Shown: piece after piece, positions 27,457 through 36,535 of the stretch
How positions within the stretch are numbered: position 1 is the stretch's first letter
How the letters are laid out: each line of letters starts with the position of its first letter
IMG/VR virus record: IMGVR_UViG_3300025141_000048
Direction: 5' to 3' (one strand)
Length of the DNA stretch: 64,000 bases
Source of the DNA: a virus
Program-made: the position numbers and the translations under genes
The notes under the pieces: model-generated
Database searches by the model: none
Told to the model about the DNA's origin: nothing
What the model saw: only the letters and a program-made list of their open reading frames with translations

Positions 27457-27854
27457 AAGAAGACTAATCATGAAGGTATATCTTGAACATGAACTACATC
27501 TAGATGACGGTGATTTCCCCATCATAGCTGTACTGAACCTAATTGTAACGGTAATAATCTTGGCGGCAACGGGGGCAGTGCTGTATCCCTGTGAGGTGTC
27601 TCAAGTAATCGAGAGGTTTTGTACGAGAAGTTAAGTGTAGGACCAGATTAGGAGACAACCATGCCAGCACAACCTCACGCCAAGGCTTTTGAAGAAACAG
27701 AACAGATGCTCAAAGATTTGGAAGAGCGTAGAGAATCTATGAAAGGTCAGGATCTAGACACTCTAATGCTTGATGCTATGACCTTGACACTCAAAAACCA
27801 ATTGACAATCATGAGAATATCCTCATAGAATGAAGACACAGTTTCCAGAGATCT

Positions 27855-28076
27855 ATGATCAAAAAGTATGGAAGACCTGGGGATATTTTGCCATGGCGCT
27901 CTGCGATAAGAACGCCAAATTTCAAAAAACTCTTAGCCCATAACGATATCGATGCCATTCTTCAATTGTGTGAGAATAGGATGTCTATCGATCCTCTTGA
28001 TGCATTGATGTTCATGTGGGGCTATGCCGATAAAGAGTATAGATACGTAGGAGATATCTATTGTGAAATTCGGTAG
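27855..28076 (+). CDS. Hypothetical protein
   Basis: 73 aa ORF. Confidence 0.4.
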   Translation: MIKKYGRPGDILPWRSAIRTPNFKKLLAHNDIDAILQLCENRMSIDPLDALMFMWGYADKEYRYVGDIYCEIR

Positions 28077-28641
28077 TTTGGCAATGGTTAAACTTCTAAG
28101 AGACTATGATTTTGATTCAGTCTTAGATGTCGGAGCAGGAGAACTGAGACAAATCAATAGATTTAGAGAAGTGGGTAAAATAGCCCAGTACATCAGGCTG
28201 GAAGATGGCGACGATTACATGAAAGTCGAAATAGAAGATAAACAGGAATGCATATGGTGCTCACATGTGTTAGAGCATCAGCCCAATGTTATGCTGTTCT
28301 TGGAAAAACTATATGACGACCTTATGATTGGCGGGATATTGGCTATTACTGTTCCGCCAGAGAAGCCAGACATTGCCAGTGGTCATGTAACGACATGGAA
28401 TGCCGGTTTATTGATCTACAATCTTGTCTTGGCGGGATTTGATTGCAAAGATGCAGCAATCAGAACGTATGGATATAACGTTAGTGTTATTGTCAGGAAG
28501 ACTGAATGCAGAACAGAAAAACAAATACCCGTCATAGACATACATGAGTTGCAAGATCGCTTACCAGAATGCTGTAGACACGATCAAGGGGGCAATTCAA
28601 AGAATTCATTCGCAGGTAATATACAAATATGGAATTGGTAA
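28063..28641 (+). CDS. Class I SAM-dependent methyltransferase
   Basis: VLDVGAG, CIWCSHVLEH, GGILAITVP. Confidence 0.85.
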   Translation: MKFGSLAMVKLLRDYDFDSVLDVGAGELRQINRFREVGKIAQYIRLEDGDDYMKVEIEDKQECIWCSHVLEHQPNVMLFLEKLYDDLMIGGILAITVPPEKPDIASGHVTTWNAGLLIYNLVLAGFDCKDAAIRTYGYNVSVIVRKTECRTEKQIPVIDIHELQDRLPECCRHDQGGNSKNSFAGNIQIWNW

Positions 28642-29445
28642 ATGAGTGAAGAAATCATCTATGGAAAATCCGAAATGCCGTCAACTCTTGACACCGGATT
28701 GGGTTGCTTGAAAAGCAGTGGGGCAAAAGGTCTTCTTTATCATACCAGAGAATTGGGTACGGCGGAAGAACATGTAGCCAATTGGTGCGAATCTAACAAT
28801 CTTGAATTCATTCTTGCGCTGCAATGCAATTACGACGACGATGAGCTTATCGAAAAAGCCAAAGCTTATACGAACAAATTAGCCATAGGAAATATGACAG
28901 ATGGAGAATGGGTGGGAGGACCCAACCGAGCAAGAAGATATGTCAATGCAGTCAAAAGACATGGCATAGAATGGTTCCCCCTCATTACCCACCGATGTAT
29001 TCTGTCAGATTTGAAAACGAAACATGTGATCCCTTATCTAAAAGATTATGTCTGCATCTGTCTATGTGGATACATCGTGGCTGGATATCTATTTGCAGAT
29101 GAAAGAGTCCCCCATCAAGACTGGAGACCTAAAGAGTTTATCACCAATGGGGAAGATAGGCAAGGCTATACGTCTATTACAGGGGAGAACTTGAACGAAT
29201 TGTATGGAGCTACGGTCGAAACCTTTACTGAATACGTCTCGTCTATGACGATAATATCAGGTGTAGGATGGCAATCTGGGCTCAAAGTAGGGACAAGGGT
29301 TTATGTTAAGAAATTAGGCTTCAAAGGTATAGTTTCCGGCCTACCGTTTGATCTTGAGGGGACTGATCAAATAGAAGTCAAAGACGAACCTGATCGTTAC
29401 CCGGATGCCTGTGGTATATTTCCCTATGTTAGGAGAGAAGAATGA
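28642..29445 (+). CDS. Hypothetical protein (possible TIM-barrel-like fold)
   Basis: 267 aa alpha/beta alternation; coupled within the methyltransferase cluster. Confidence 0.55.
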   Translation: MSEEIIYGKSEMPSTLDTGLGCLKSSGAKGLLYHTRELGTAEEHVANWCESNNLEFILALQCNYDDDELIEKAKAYTNKLAIGNMTDGEWVGGPNRARRYVNAVKRHGIEWFPLITHRCILSDLKTKHVIPYLKDYVCICLCGYIVAGYLFADERVPHQDWRPKEFITNGEDRQGYTSITGENLNELYGATVETFTEYVSSMTIISGVGWQSGLKVGTRVYVKKLGFKGIVSGLPFDLEGTDQIEVKDEPDRYPDACGIFPYVRREE

Positions 29446-30326
29446 GCGAAGTTACATGGACAGTATGCGTAACACCGAATGCCCATCATGGTGGACCGCA
29501 TCTGGGGCATTTATGGTATATGGCCCATTGTCGCTATATGTATAACGAAATTAAACGTCGTAACGAAAAGTATGCGTTGGGCATAGACTTGAAATGGAAT
29601 ATTCTGTTTGACTTCCATTCTCGACCAGATAGCGAAAGCATGTTTATTGACATGCTTGACTGGATGGGCATGCCTCCAGATCAAGTAGACTACCTTAAGG
29701 AATGGGAAACGTGGCAGAATGTATATATCGTTTTGATGTCTTCTTTCTCGCCGTATTTTGTTGAATGGGATTATCTGGATCGTTATTGGCATCAGAGCGA
29801 ACTAGACCCCGAAAGCTTCTTATGCAAGTGTCTTTACTTCTATCACAACAATGTCTTCTGGCATATAAGAGGCATGGACCTTAGAGACGAAGGATCGAGA
29901 ACAGAGGGGTTACTCAAGGGTACGATCTTGAGGCAGCCCGAATACTGGATGATTCCATTACTCATGAAAGGTAAAAACCAAGAAGAGAAAATTGGCGGAA
30001 GTGATGGGGCTCCCCCTGAGTATCAGTTGTCAGACATATGGGATCGCCATGAAGCGACTGACATACTTAGGTTGACAATGGATATACTGGATTTTGATAC
30101 ATCGGGAGAAACTGTTACAGATATGATCAAGCAATTCTATCCCATCAGTTCAACCAAGCTTCACACTCAAGCTAACCGCAAGGATTTGATTATTCCTGAA
30201 GATTGGAAATCCATGTTAGGTACTAGAAATACAGAACCCATAGCGCCTCAAGCCTCAAGTAAAAATCCAACCGCAAGGGACTTGGACAAAGAGGCAACGA
30301 TTGAGGCAGTGAAAGGATTGGCTTAA
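29442..30326 (+). CDS. Divergent class I aaRS catalytic-domain protein (GluRS/GluQ-like, no anticodon-binding domain)
   Basis: HIGH-like PHLGH, MLDWMG, HIRGMDL, PEY.MIPLL, KMSKS-position EKIGGS. Confidence 0.6.
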   Translation: MSEVTWTVCVTPNAHHGGPHLGHLWYMAHCRYMYNEIKRRNEKYALGIDLKWNILFDFHSRPDSESMFIDMLDWMGMPPDQVDYLKEWETWQNVYIVLMSSFSPYFVEWDYLDRYWHQSELDPESFLCKCLYFYHNNVFWHIRGMDLRDEGSRTEGLLKGTILRQPEYWMIPLLMKGKNQEEKIGGSDGAPPEYQLSDIWDRHEATDILRLTMDILDFDTSGETVTDMIKQFYPISSTKLHTQANRKDLIIPEDWKSMLGTRNTEPIAPQASSKNPTARDLDKEATIEAVKGLA

Positions 30327-30898
30327 TGGAACAACTAGCATCATATTACGACGAAGTTTACGCTCGCCCTCATAGCGACTATACCATTTCCGTAGAAGAG
30401 GCTCCATGGATACTGTTGTGGGAAACCGCTGCTTCTCATGCCATAAAGCATGGTCCCTGTCATATCGTGGATATTGGATGCGGACCAGGTCATTTTCCCA
30501 AAGTACTACTAAAGCGGCATCCAACATGGATAGAAGAAGGAGGAAGTTATACAGGTATTGACTTCAGCGTTAAAGCTATTGAGTTGGCTCAAAAGGCTGC
30601 ACCTCAATTCTCTTTTGACATTCGTGATCTAAATGATAGCAAGCCTATCCCTGATGCAGATATGTATGTTACGATGGAATTTCTAGAACACATACATGAA
30701 GATCTAAGTGTTATGAAGAGGCTTAAGCCTGGGTCTGAGATTTTCCTTACCGTACCTAATGTTAATGACATCGCTCATGTTCGACATTTCCCTGAGTTGC
30801 AAAATGCCATCAACCGGTATGGTCAGTTTATTGACATCCAGTATGCCTATGGAATTACTGATGAACATCATGCAATTTTTGGCAAAATTAAAGGCTAA
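30326..30898 (+). CDS. Class I SAM-dependent methyltransferase
   Basis: IVDIGCGPG, YTGIDFS, EFLEHI, FLTVP. Confidence 0.85.
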   Translation: MEQLASYYDEVYARPHSDYTISVEEAPWILLWETAASHAIKHGPCHIVDIGCGPGHFPKVLLKRHPTWIEEGGSYTGIDFSVKAIELAQKAAPQFSFDIRDLNDSKPIPDADMYVTMEFLEHIHEDLSVMKRLKPGSEIFLTVPNVNDIAHVRHFPELQNAINRYGQFIDIQYAYGITDEHHAIFGKIKG

Positions 30899-30932
30899 TT
30901 ATACTTCAGCGAAACCAGATACCCGAATTTTA

Positions 30933-31571
30933 ATGAAACTGCATCTGGATAACCAAGTTAATAAATGGGCCAACGCAGGCGAGCGGTCCACCGAACACGC
31001 AGATCATCCATCAACAGATTGGATCATAGATTTCATTTGCGAACCGCTACCCGAAAGCGTATTTGAGATAGGTTGCGATACCGGAGTTAATCTTCTACGA
31101 ATCAAGCATAGGCATCATGATATTTGTGCAGGCGGTGCAGATATTAACCCCGTCGCCATAGAACAAGCCATACAGGTTTTCAAAGACAAATGCATACCAA
31201 GTAACGAATTGTTCTGCATGCCTTCATGGGATTTGTCCAGCATACCTGACAAGTCTTTTGACGTTTCCTTTTCCAAGGCAGTGTTCACGATTGTCAATGA
31301 TTCCTTGATATTCCCATCCATTACAGAACTGATACGTATCACCGAAAAGAAGATAGTCCTGTTTGAACATCATGATCCCGATTCAACCAGAATGGGTAGG
31401 AGAAGAAAGCGATGCGGGGACAAGGGCAAGCATTGGTATAGAGACTATGTCAATCTTCTAATGCCCCTTGCAAAGTCTGTCAAAACTGTTAAGATGCCAA
31501 GAGAAATATGGCCTGAAAGTTTGTCTTGGCAGATGTTCGGACATGTCATTATTGCTGAACTGTGGGAATAG
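30933..31571 (+). CDS. Class I SAM-dependent methyltransferase (start uncertain; 30870 also possible)
   Basis: VFEIGCDTGVNL, GADIN, FDVSFSKAV. Confidence 0.8.
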   Translation: MKLHLDNQVNKWANAGERSTEHADHPSTDWIIDFICEPLPESVFEIGCDTGVNLLRIKHRHHDICAGGADINPVAIEQAIQVFKDKCIPSNELFCMPSWDLSSIPDKSFDVSFSKAVFTIVNDSLIFPSITELIRITEKKIVLFEHHDPDSTRMGRRRKRCGDKGKHWYRDYVNLLMPLAKSVKTVKMPREIWPESLSWQMFGHVIIAELWE

Positions 31572-31575
31572 AGAT

Positions 31576-31968
31576 ATGAAATCCATACCTGGAAAATCAA
31601 TTCTAAAGGGCCATGCTCAACGATTGGGCATAATGATTAGGATACGGAACAAGAACAACTACAATGGCAAAGGTCATTACGTTGGAAGACCTACGCCATT
31701 AGGCAATCCCTTTACCCATCACAATAAGAAAACCCAAGCGCAATTCAAAGTCGATACCGTAGAAGAGGCTATCGAACGATACCTTCCTTGGCTTGAAGAA
31801 CAACTAGAATCAGACAATGAAACGTCTCGTATGTTCTTTATGCTGGAAGAAGAGTATCGAAAAGAAGGTGTCTTGACCCTCATATGTTGGTGCTATCCCG
31901 ACCCCTGCCATGCTGATGTAATAGCCGAGCTTATTGTCAGCCGAAATCTGCTAGAAGACGCTGATTAA
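31576..31968 (+). CDS. DUF4326 family protein
   Basis: YVGRPTPLGNPF … LICWCYPDPCHADVI. Confidence 0.85.
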   Translation: MKSIPGKSILKGHAQRLGIMIRIRNKNNYNGKGHYVGRPTPLGNPFTHHNKKTQAQFKVDTVEEAIERYLPWLEEQLESDNETSRMFFMLEEEYRKEGVLTLICWCYPDPCHADVIAELIVSRNLLEDAD

Positions 31969-32064
31969 AGCCCTTGTATTGTTGTCTCAGCATGGTACAA
32001 TACGGTTAATAACTTCATAGGAAACAGTAACCGCCTGAAATTGGCTACAAACACGAGGTTCAAC

Positions 32065-32700
32065 ATGTGCTTAGTACTGACTAAAAATCGTCGTCGTTCT
32101 GACAGAACAGTAGCATTCAAAGCAACCCTACCAAACGGTAACTCCATATTCCAAGACGGAAAATATGAAAAGGGACGCATTACCAGAAGCAACCGCAATT
32201 CTCCTGAACTAACGGATCTTGAACGCAAAGAGAGTGCGATATACCGAGGCATCCATGTCTATACAAGACTGGAATATGCGAAAATGTGGGCCTGTAAAGG
32301 CAGAGTTATTTGGGAAGTCGCCGTTGATCCAAAAGATTGGGTTGCGGATGGCGATTGCACCGGCTGTTCGCCAAGTATCCGCAATTGCAGGGCATCCGTA
32401 TATACGAAAGTCAAGTCAAAGAAGATCGTGTGGGAACATGATCCTTACCCCGAATTTGTCTGGCTTTATGATAAGGACGAATCAGAACTGGATTTGGGAT
32501 TGTGCGACCTGCTTACGGTCAATGGCATTGTAGACGAAGACCCTCAGCGACGGGTCGTGATTGTTATGAAAAAACACAAACTTGTTGTTAGCTCTAAAGA
32601 TTACAAAGGTCATGTACCGTCATGGTGGTGGTGTCTGGCTTTGAGAAAAGATAAGGCAACCGTCTGGAACCACGCTATGAGAAAGTTGGGATACGAATGA
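32065..32700 (+). CDS. Hypothetical protein
   Basis: 211 aa; RGIHVY…VIWEVAVDPKDW. Confidence 0.55.
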   Translation: MCLVLTKNRRRSDRTVAFKATLPNGNSIFQDGKYEKGRITRSNRNSPELTDLERKESAIYRGIHVYTRLEYAKMWACKGRVIWEVAVDPKDWVADGDCTGCSPSIRNCRASVYTKVKSKKIVWEHDPYPEFVWLYDKDESELDLGLCDLLTVNGIVDEDPQRRVVIVMKKHKLVVSSKDYKGHVPSWWWCLALRKDKATVWNHAMRKLGYE

Positions 32701-32765
32701 AAAACGAAATGGTAAAATCGAACTGAGAAATTTGATCTAACCGATAGATACCTGAAAGCGGGATA

Positions 32766-32987
32766 ATGGGACACTCAATCAAAAGATGCCTCAAGGGTAA
32801 TCACGACCTTATAGAAATTACCCGTACCTTCTCAGAAATGGGTATCTCCGATGAAGTCGTTAACTGGTGCAAATGTTGCGGCTCCGTTGTCGTAGATTAT
32901 GATATGGATGGCGAAAAACATTTCGGCTCTATGAGAACTCCCAATCATATAAAAGCCCGAATGAAACTCGATAAAAAGGATAAATAA
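32766..32987 (+). CDS. Small zinc-binding protein
   Basis: C..G.H … WCKCCG. Confidence 0.55.
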   Translation: MGHSIKRCLKGNHDLIEITRTFSEMGISDEVVNWCKCCGSVVVDYDMDGEKHFGSMRTPNHIKARMKLDKKDK

Positions 32988-33476
32988 ATGGAACAACTGA
33001 CACTAAAAGAAATCCAAGCTACCACCGAATCAGCACGATTGGCTATTGGTTATATACTTGAAAAAGCAACGTCAGATGATTTTAAAGATCGATTCGTCGA
33101 TGAATTAGCCCTCTTTGCACAAGTCGAGACTCTGCTCGAAATTATTACAGAAGAATCTGTACCACAATTCAAAGACCCCTATGACGATCAAGAAGGCTAT
33201 ACCTTCCTTGGTCGTTTCCAAAATCATGACCTCTATCATGCGGAGTTCGGTCAGGAATTGACGATCATCTCACGATTCGGAAATGATCCCGGAGATTATG
33301 GCTCAGGAATGGTCTTCGGTTGGCTTGATCCACAAGAACATCCTCAATGCCTTTCCCTTATCGAGGCTCGTAAAAGAGCACAAGCACTCGGACTTAATGT
33401 CGAAAAGGATAAGTATCAGAAACTCGGCCTAGCCCAAACTATTAACCCAATTTTTCGGCAAGAATTAAACACATAA
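32988..33476 (+). CDS. Hypothetical protein
   Basis: SRFGNDPGDYGSG motif; coupled to the upstream ORF. Confidence 0.6.
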   Translation: MEQLTLKEIQATTESARLAIGYILEKATSDDFKDRFVDELALFAQVETLLEIITEESVPQFKDPYDDQEGYTFLGRFQNHDLYHAEFGQELTIISRFGNDPGDYGSGMVFGWLDPQEHPQCLSLIEARKRAQALGLNVEKDKYQKLGLAQTINPIFRQELNT

Positions 33477-33676
33477 GAAGAACTGAAATGACAGAAAATC
33501 AAACCAAACTCACTAAAGAACAAATCGAGAACTATAGAAAGGTTCTCTTGCGCTCTCTGGGTCCCTATGCCCTGCTTATTTCAGATGAAGATGTACTACT
33601 GCATAGAGATAATATGCAAGCCCGTATAAACGAAAACCTCGAAGCAAGAACCCCACATTTTCGGCAAGAATTAAAC
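33452..33676. repeat. 19 bp direct repeat TTTTCGGCAAGAATTAAAC x2
   Basis: 33452-33470 and 33658-33676. Confidence 0.8.
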
Positions 33677-33697
33677 CACACGAAGAAACCGAAATAA
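33488..33697 (+). CDS. Hypothetical protein
   Basis: 69 aa; shares a FRQELN-coding repeat with the upstream gene. Confidence 0.5.
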   Translation: MTENQTKLTKEQIENYRKVLLRSLGPYALLISDEDVLLHRDNMQARINENLEARTPHFRQELNHTKKPK

Positions 33698-34007
33698 CTA
33701 ATGAAACTCCTTTTTCATAAAGCTACTGACCTATGCTGCTTTTCCCAAATAGAAACCGTAAATAACCAAGAAGAATTCCTACAGCAATACTTTAAGGTCA
33801 GACTCAAAATGATCAGGAATAACCCACTTAACCTCATGGGCTTGGTCATTAAACAAGAGATAATAAAATGAGTAATCCCAATAAATCAAGATCACAAATA
33901 CAACAAGATCATAAACAACAACTCAAAAAGCTTGGAATACCTGGTTCGCAGATGAACTAGAAGCACACCCAGAAGCTGCCTTCCATAAAAAGAAATTACA
34001 ACACTGC

Positions 34008-34052
34008 TACCAAGATGCCTACCAAGATGCCTACCAAGACGCCTACCACGAT
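34008..34052. repeat. 12 bp tandem repeat TACCAAGATGCC x3.7
   Basis: Direct reading; encodes YQDA repeats. Confidence 0.85.
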
Positions 34053-34082
34053 GGAGCATTCTATCATGAACATACATATGTT

Positions 34083-34358
34083 ATGAAGAAAATAGATGAA
34101 CTTAGAGAAAAACTCCTTGATAACCCCACAACCCCTCAATTGTTCAGAAAACCCCCTCTACCTGCCACCGAATCAATGAATGAGATGCCACCGAATCAAG
34201 ATATTGACGAGCCACCGAATCAAGATAAATGGATTGATCACAATGGAAATAAACTCAAACAAGGATCACAAATACTCTATGCGAATAAACATGGCTCACT
34301 TAGAATAGGAACCATCGAAGAATTTATCGGACCAAGTACCGTAAAGATCGTATCATGA
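34083..34358 (+). CDS. Hypothetical protein (reading frame open further upstream)
   Basis: PPNQD repeats; C-terminal SH3-like segment. Confidence 0.5.
   Translation: MKKIDELREKLLDNPTTPQLFRKPPLPATESMNEMPPNQDIDEPPNQDKWIDHNGNKLKQGSQILYANKHGSLRIGTIEEFIGPSTVKIVS
34164..34223. repeat. 13 bp repeat GCCACCGAATCAA x3
   Basis: 34164, 34187, 34211; CCACCGAATCA also at 33022. Confidence 0.8.
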
Positions 34359-34937
34359 TACTTGATATGTCAAAATCTCCGGCAAACCAGTAGAAAGGTA
34401 CAAAATCATGACTATCCAAGATATATTGGGTCTGGGCTTTCAAAACCAAAAACGAAATAATCGATCATGGGAAGAAACATATTGATGAACGAAAATACAG
34501 AACAAACAAGAGTATTGCAATGGGATGAAGCGATGGGATACGCTATTGAGTATACGCTATACATTCTTGCCGTAATCATTGTCATCCTATTGCTTACCAA
34601 TGAAAACTCCAAATCCCAAGCCACCAAAGCAAAATCACAAGCAAATTCCCAAGCCATCCAAGTAAATTCCCAGAGTGTCGGCGGATCTATCACACCCACA
34701 AATTATTTACTCACAAAAATGAAAAACGAAAAGTTATTCCCATTGATACACATGTTTTCCAACCTTGAAGCCATTCATGTATTCTCGACTATAGGCTTGA
34801 ATATATGTGGTATCTTGGTTCTGAGAGAGATTCTAAAAGGTTAACACAATGGAATTTCTGTTAATTTTGTACATCATTTATGAGTGGTTCCCAGATACTT
34901 GGGAAACACTTGTCGATTGGTTTGAGGAGATTTTTGG

Positions 34938-35213
34938 ATGAGTGAACAACCATGGCCAATATTGAAAGAAGAAGAACGTAAGATATTAAGTGAGGATGAG
35001 TTAGCTTGGTACGACGTTTTATGTGACCATGATTCTGGTGAATTTGAGGTTGATATAATCAATCGATTAGTGAGGATCATAATTGAACAACAGGATTCTT
35101 TGGATTTGATTGAGGACTTGAAGAGAAAATACGAGTCGGCAGATCGAACAACAGGTAACCGGGAATTTACAGCATTTGAGGATTTACTCAATGGATTGGG
35201 TATTGGGTCATAA
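34938..35213 (+). CDS. Hypothetical coiled-coil protein
   Basis: 91 aa; SD GAGGAG. Confidence 0.45.
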   Translation: MSEQPWPILKEEERKILSEDELAWYDVLCDHDSGEFEVDIINRLVRIIIEQQDSLDLIEDLKRKYESADRTTGNREFTAFEDLLNGLGIGS

Positions 35214-35318
35214 TTAAACTGTACAAATCTATCCGGGTTTAGGGGACCTGAGCCCCTATCTATATAATACATCTTCTTAGACGGGCTCTGAGGGGCCTGG
35301 GAGGGCAACTAGATATGG

Positions 35319-35346
35319 TTCTCCATAGGTACTGAGCTATGGAGAA
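35319..35346. repeat. Perfect inverted repeat TTCTCCATAG-N8-CTATGGAGAA
   Basis: Direct reading; arms equal the upstream element of the CCATAG promoter class. Confidence 0.85.
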
Positions 35347-35393
35347 TCTTTGTTTATCATCTTTAGCCGGAAAATTGGATGAAGTGTCGGATT

Positions 35394-35423
35394 CTCCATA
35401 GGAAAGGTGTTGATTGATATAAT
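35394..35423 (+). promoter_or_regulatory. CCATAG-class promoter 3/28
   Basis: CTCCATAG-GAAAGGTGTTGAT-TGATATAAT. Confidence 0.75.
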
Positions 35424-35507
35424 GCGAGCATGAAAGGTCAAAAAACTCCATCACAACGCTCCAATGTAGAAAAATGGAGAAAAAGTGGGGTCATCGGCAC
35501 TTTGCTG

Positions 35508-35536
35508 TTGACAGGGTTAATTTGATCTGGTAAATG
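35508..35536 (+). promoter_or_regulatory. Sigma-70-like promoter
   Basis: TTGACA-17-TAAATG with TG; upstream of 35642. Confidence 0.45.
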
Positions 35537-35641
35537 TGTTGTAATGTCAACTACCGGTTAAAGCCAAAACCCGTCTTTTACGACTCTCGTTGAGGGTTGG
35601 GACAGGAAATGGAAACAACCGAAAGCACGGAGATCTGAACA

Positions 35642-36385
35642 ATGGCTAAGAAGAAAGCTGCCAAGCGGAAAGCCCCGAAGCGGAAGGCACCTGCGAAGAA
35701 GGGTGCGAAACGAGGATCGGCGACGGTGACCAAGCCCAAGCCGAAGACAAAGAAAGCTGATGCTCCCAAGCGTCAGGTTTATTCTCAGGTCTGGAATAAA
35801 GCCGAATCTCAGGCTGAGAATGGCGTCAAGGATGGCGTTGACAAGATTCGTCGTTACCATCTGGACAACGATGAGTTGACTTCGCTTTGTGATTTGGCGA
35901 AGACGAAGGGCGTCAAATGGGTTTCGCCGTATGCTCTTTCGAGGGCAAACGGGACTTACGCAACGGCAGTGGATGTTTTGTTCGAGTTGGGGGCGAACAA
36001 GTTCCATGACGAAGCGACGGTCCTGAAGGCGATCAAGGCCCGTCTCCAGAAGATGGAGACGACCGAAGGCAAGAATGCCTGGGATCAGTTCGAGAAGCGT
36101 TCGAATTCTGACAAGAAGGCGAACAAGCAGGACCCGGCATGGAAGATCATGCATTCGTTCGAGGTCATGCAACGTTTGGGTGGGATGCATCCTTACGGAC
36201 TGCGTTTGGCCCAGACTGGGGCATCGATTGACATCGATGTCAAGAAGCATCCGAAAGACAAGGATGCGACGATTCGGCTGTTGCGTTTGAACACGCAGCA
36301 CAAGATTGCTCGTCCGCACGACATTGCGACGGTTCTTCGGTCTGTCAAGCCGTTGAACAAAGCTCGCAAGAGTCACGGTGAGTAG
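35642..36385 (+). CDS. Lys/Ala-rich (histone H1-like tail) probable nucleic-acid-binding protein
   Basis: MAKKKAAKRKAPKRKAPAKKGAKRG N-terminus plus ~200 aa basic domain. Confidence 0.7.
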   Translation: MAKKKAAKRKAPKRKAPAKKGAKRGSATVTKPKPKTKKADAPKRQVYSQVWNKAESQAENGVKDGVDKIRRYHLDNDELTSLCDLAKTKGVKWVSPYALSRANGTYATAVDVLFELGANKFHDEATVLKAIKARLQKMETTEGKNAWDQFEKRSNSDKKANKQDPAWKIMHSFEVMQRLGGMHPYGLRLAQTGASIDIDVKKHPKDKDATIRLLRLNTQHKIARPHDIATVLRSVKPLNKARKSHGE

Positions 36386-36412
36386 GGTTAGTTTTTGATG
36401 AGCTCGACGAAC

Positions 36413-36453
36413 GATACCCCTCTGGGTTTTACTCAGGGGGGTATCCGTCTTTC
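36413..36453 (+). terminator. Intrinsic terminator
   Basis: GATACCCCTCTGGG/CTCAGGGGGGTATC, T-rich tail. Confidence 0.7.
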
Positions 36454-36472
36454 TATTCTTGCCGAAGTTTTT

Positions 36473-36502
36473 CTCCATAGTCTGAAAATCCATTGATATA
36501 AT
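36473..36502 (+). promoter_or_regulatory. CCATAG-class promoter 4/28
   Basis: CTCCATAG-TCTGAAAATCCAT-TGATATAAT. Confidence 0.8.
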
Positions 36503-36535
36503 GGATCAGATAAGAATCCTTACGGAGTTTAAAGG

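Larger units (their letters stand above)
34790..35560. other. Candidate replication origin or genome-terminus junction
   Basis: Sharp C-rich to G-rich skew inversion, low coding density, inverted repeats. Confidence 0.45.

Noticed and set aside
33869-34358. Programmed -1 frameshift at C-AAA-AAG (33924-30) joining a short ORF to 34083..34358
   Set aside because: One extra A in the homopolymer gives a clean ORF, so an indel (natural or sequencing) is equally likely; cannot be resolved without reads.
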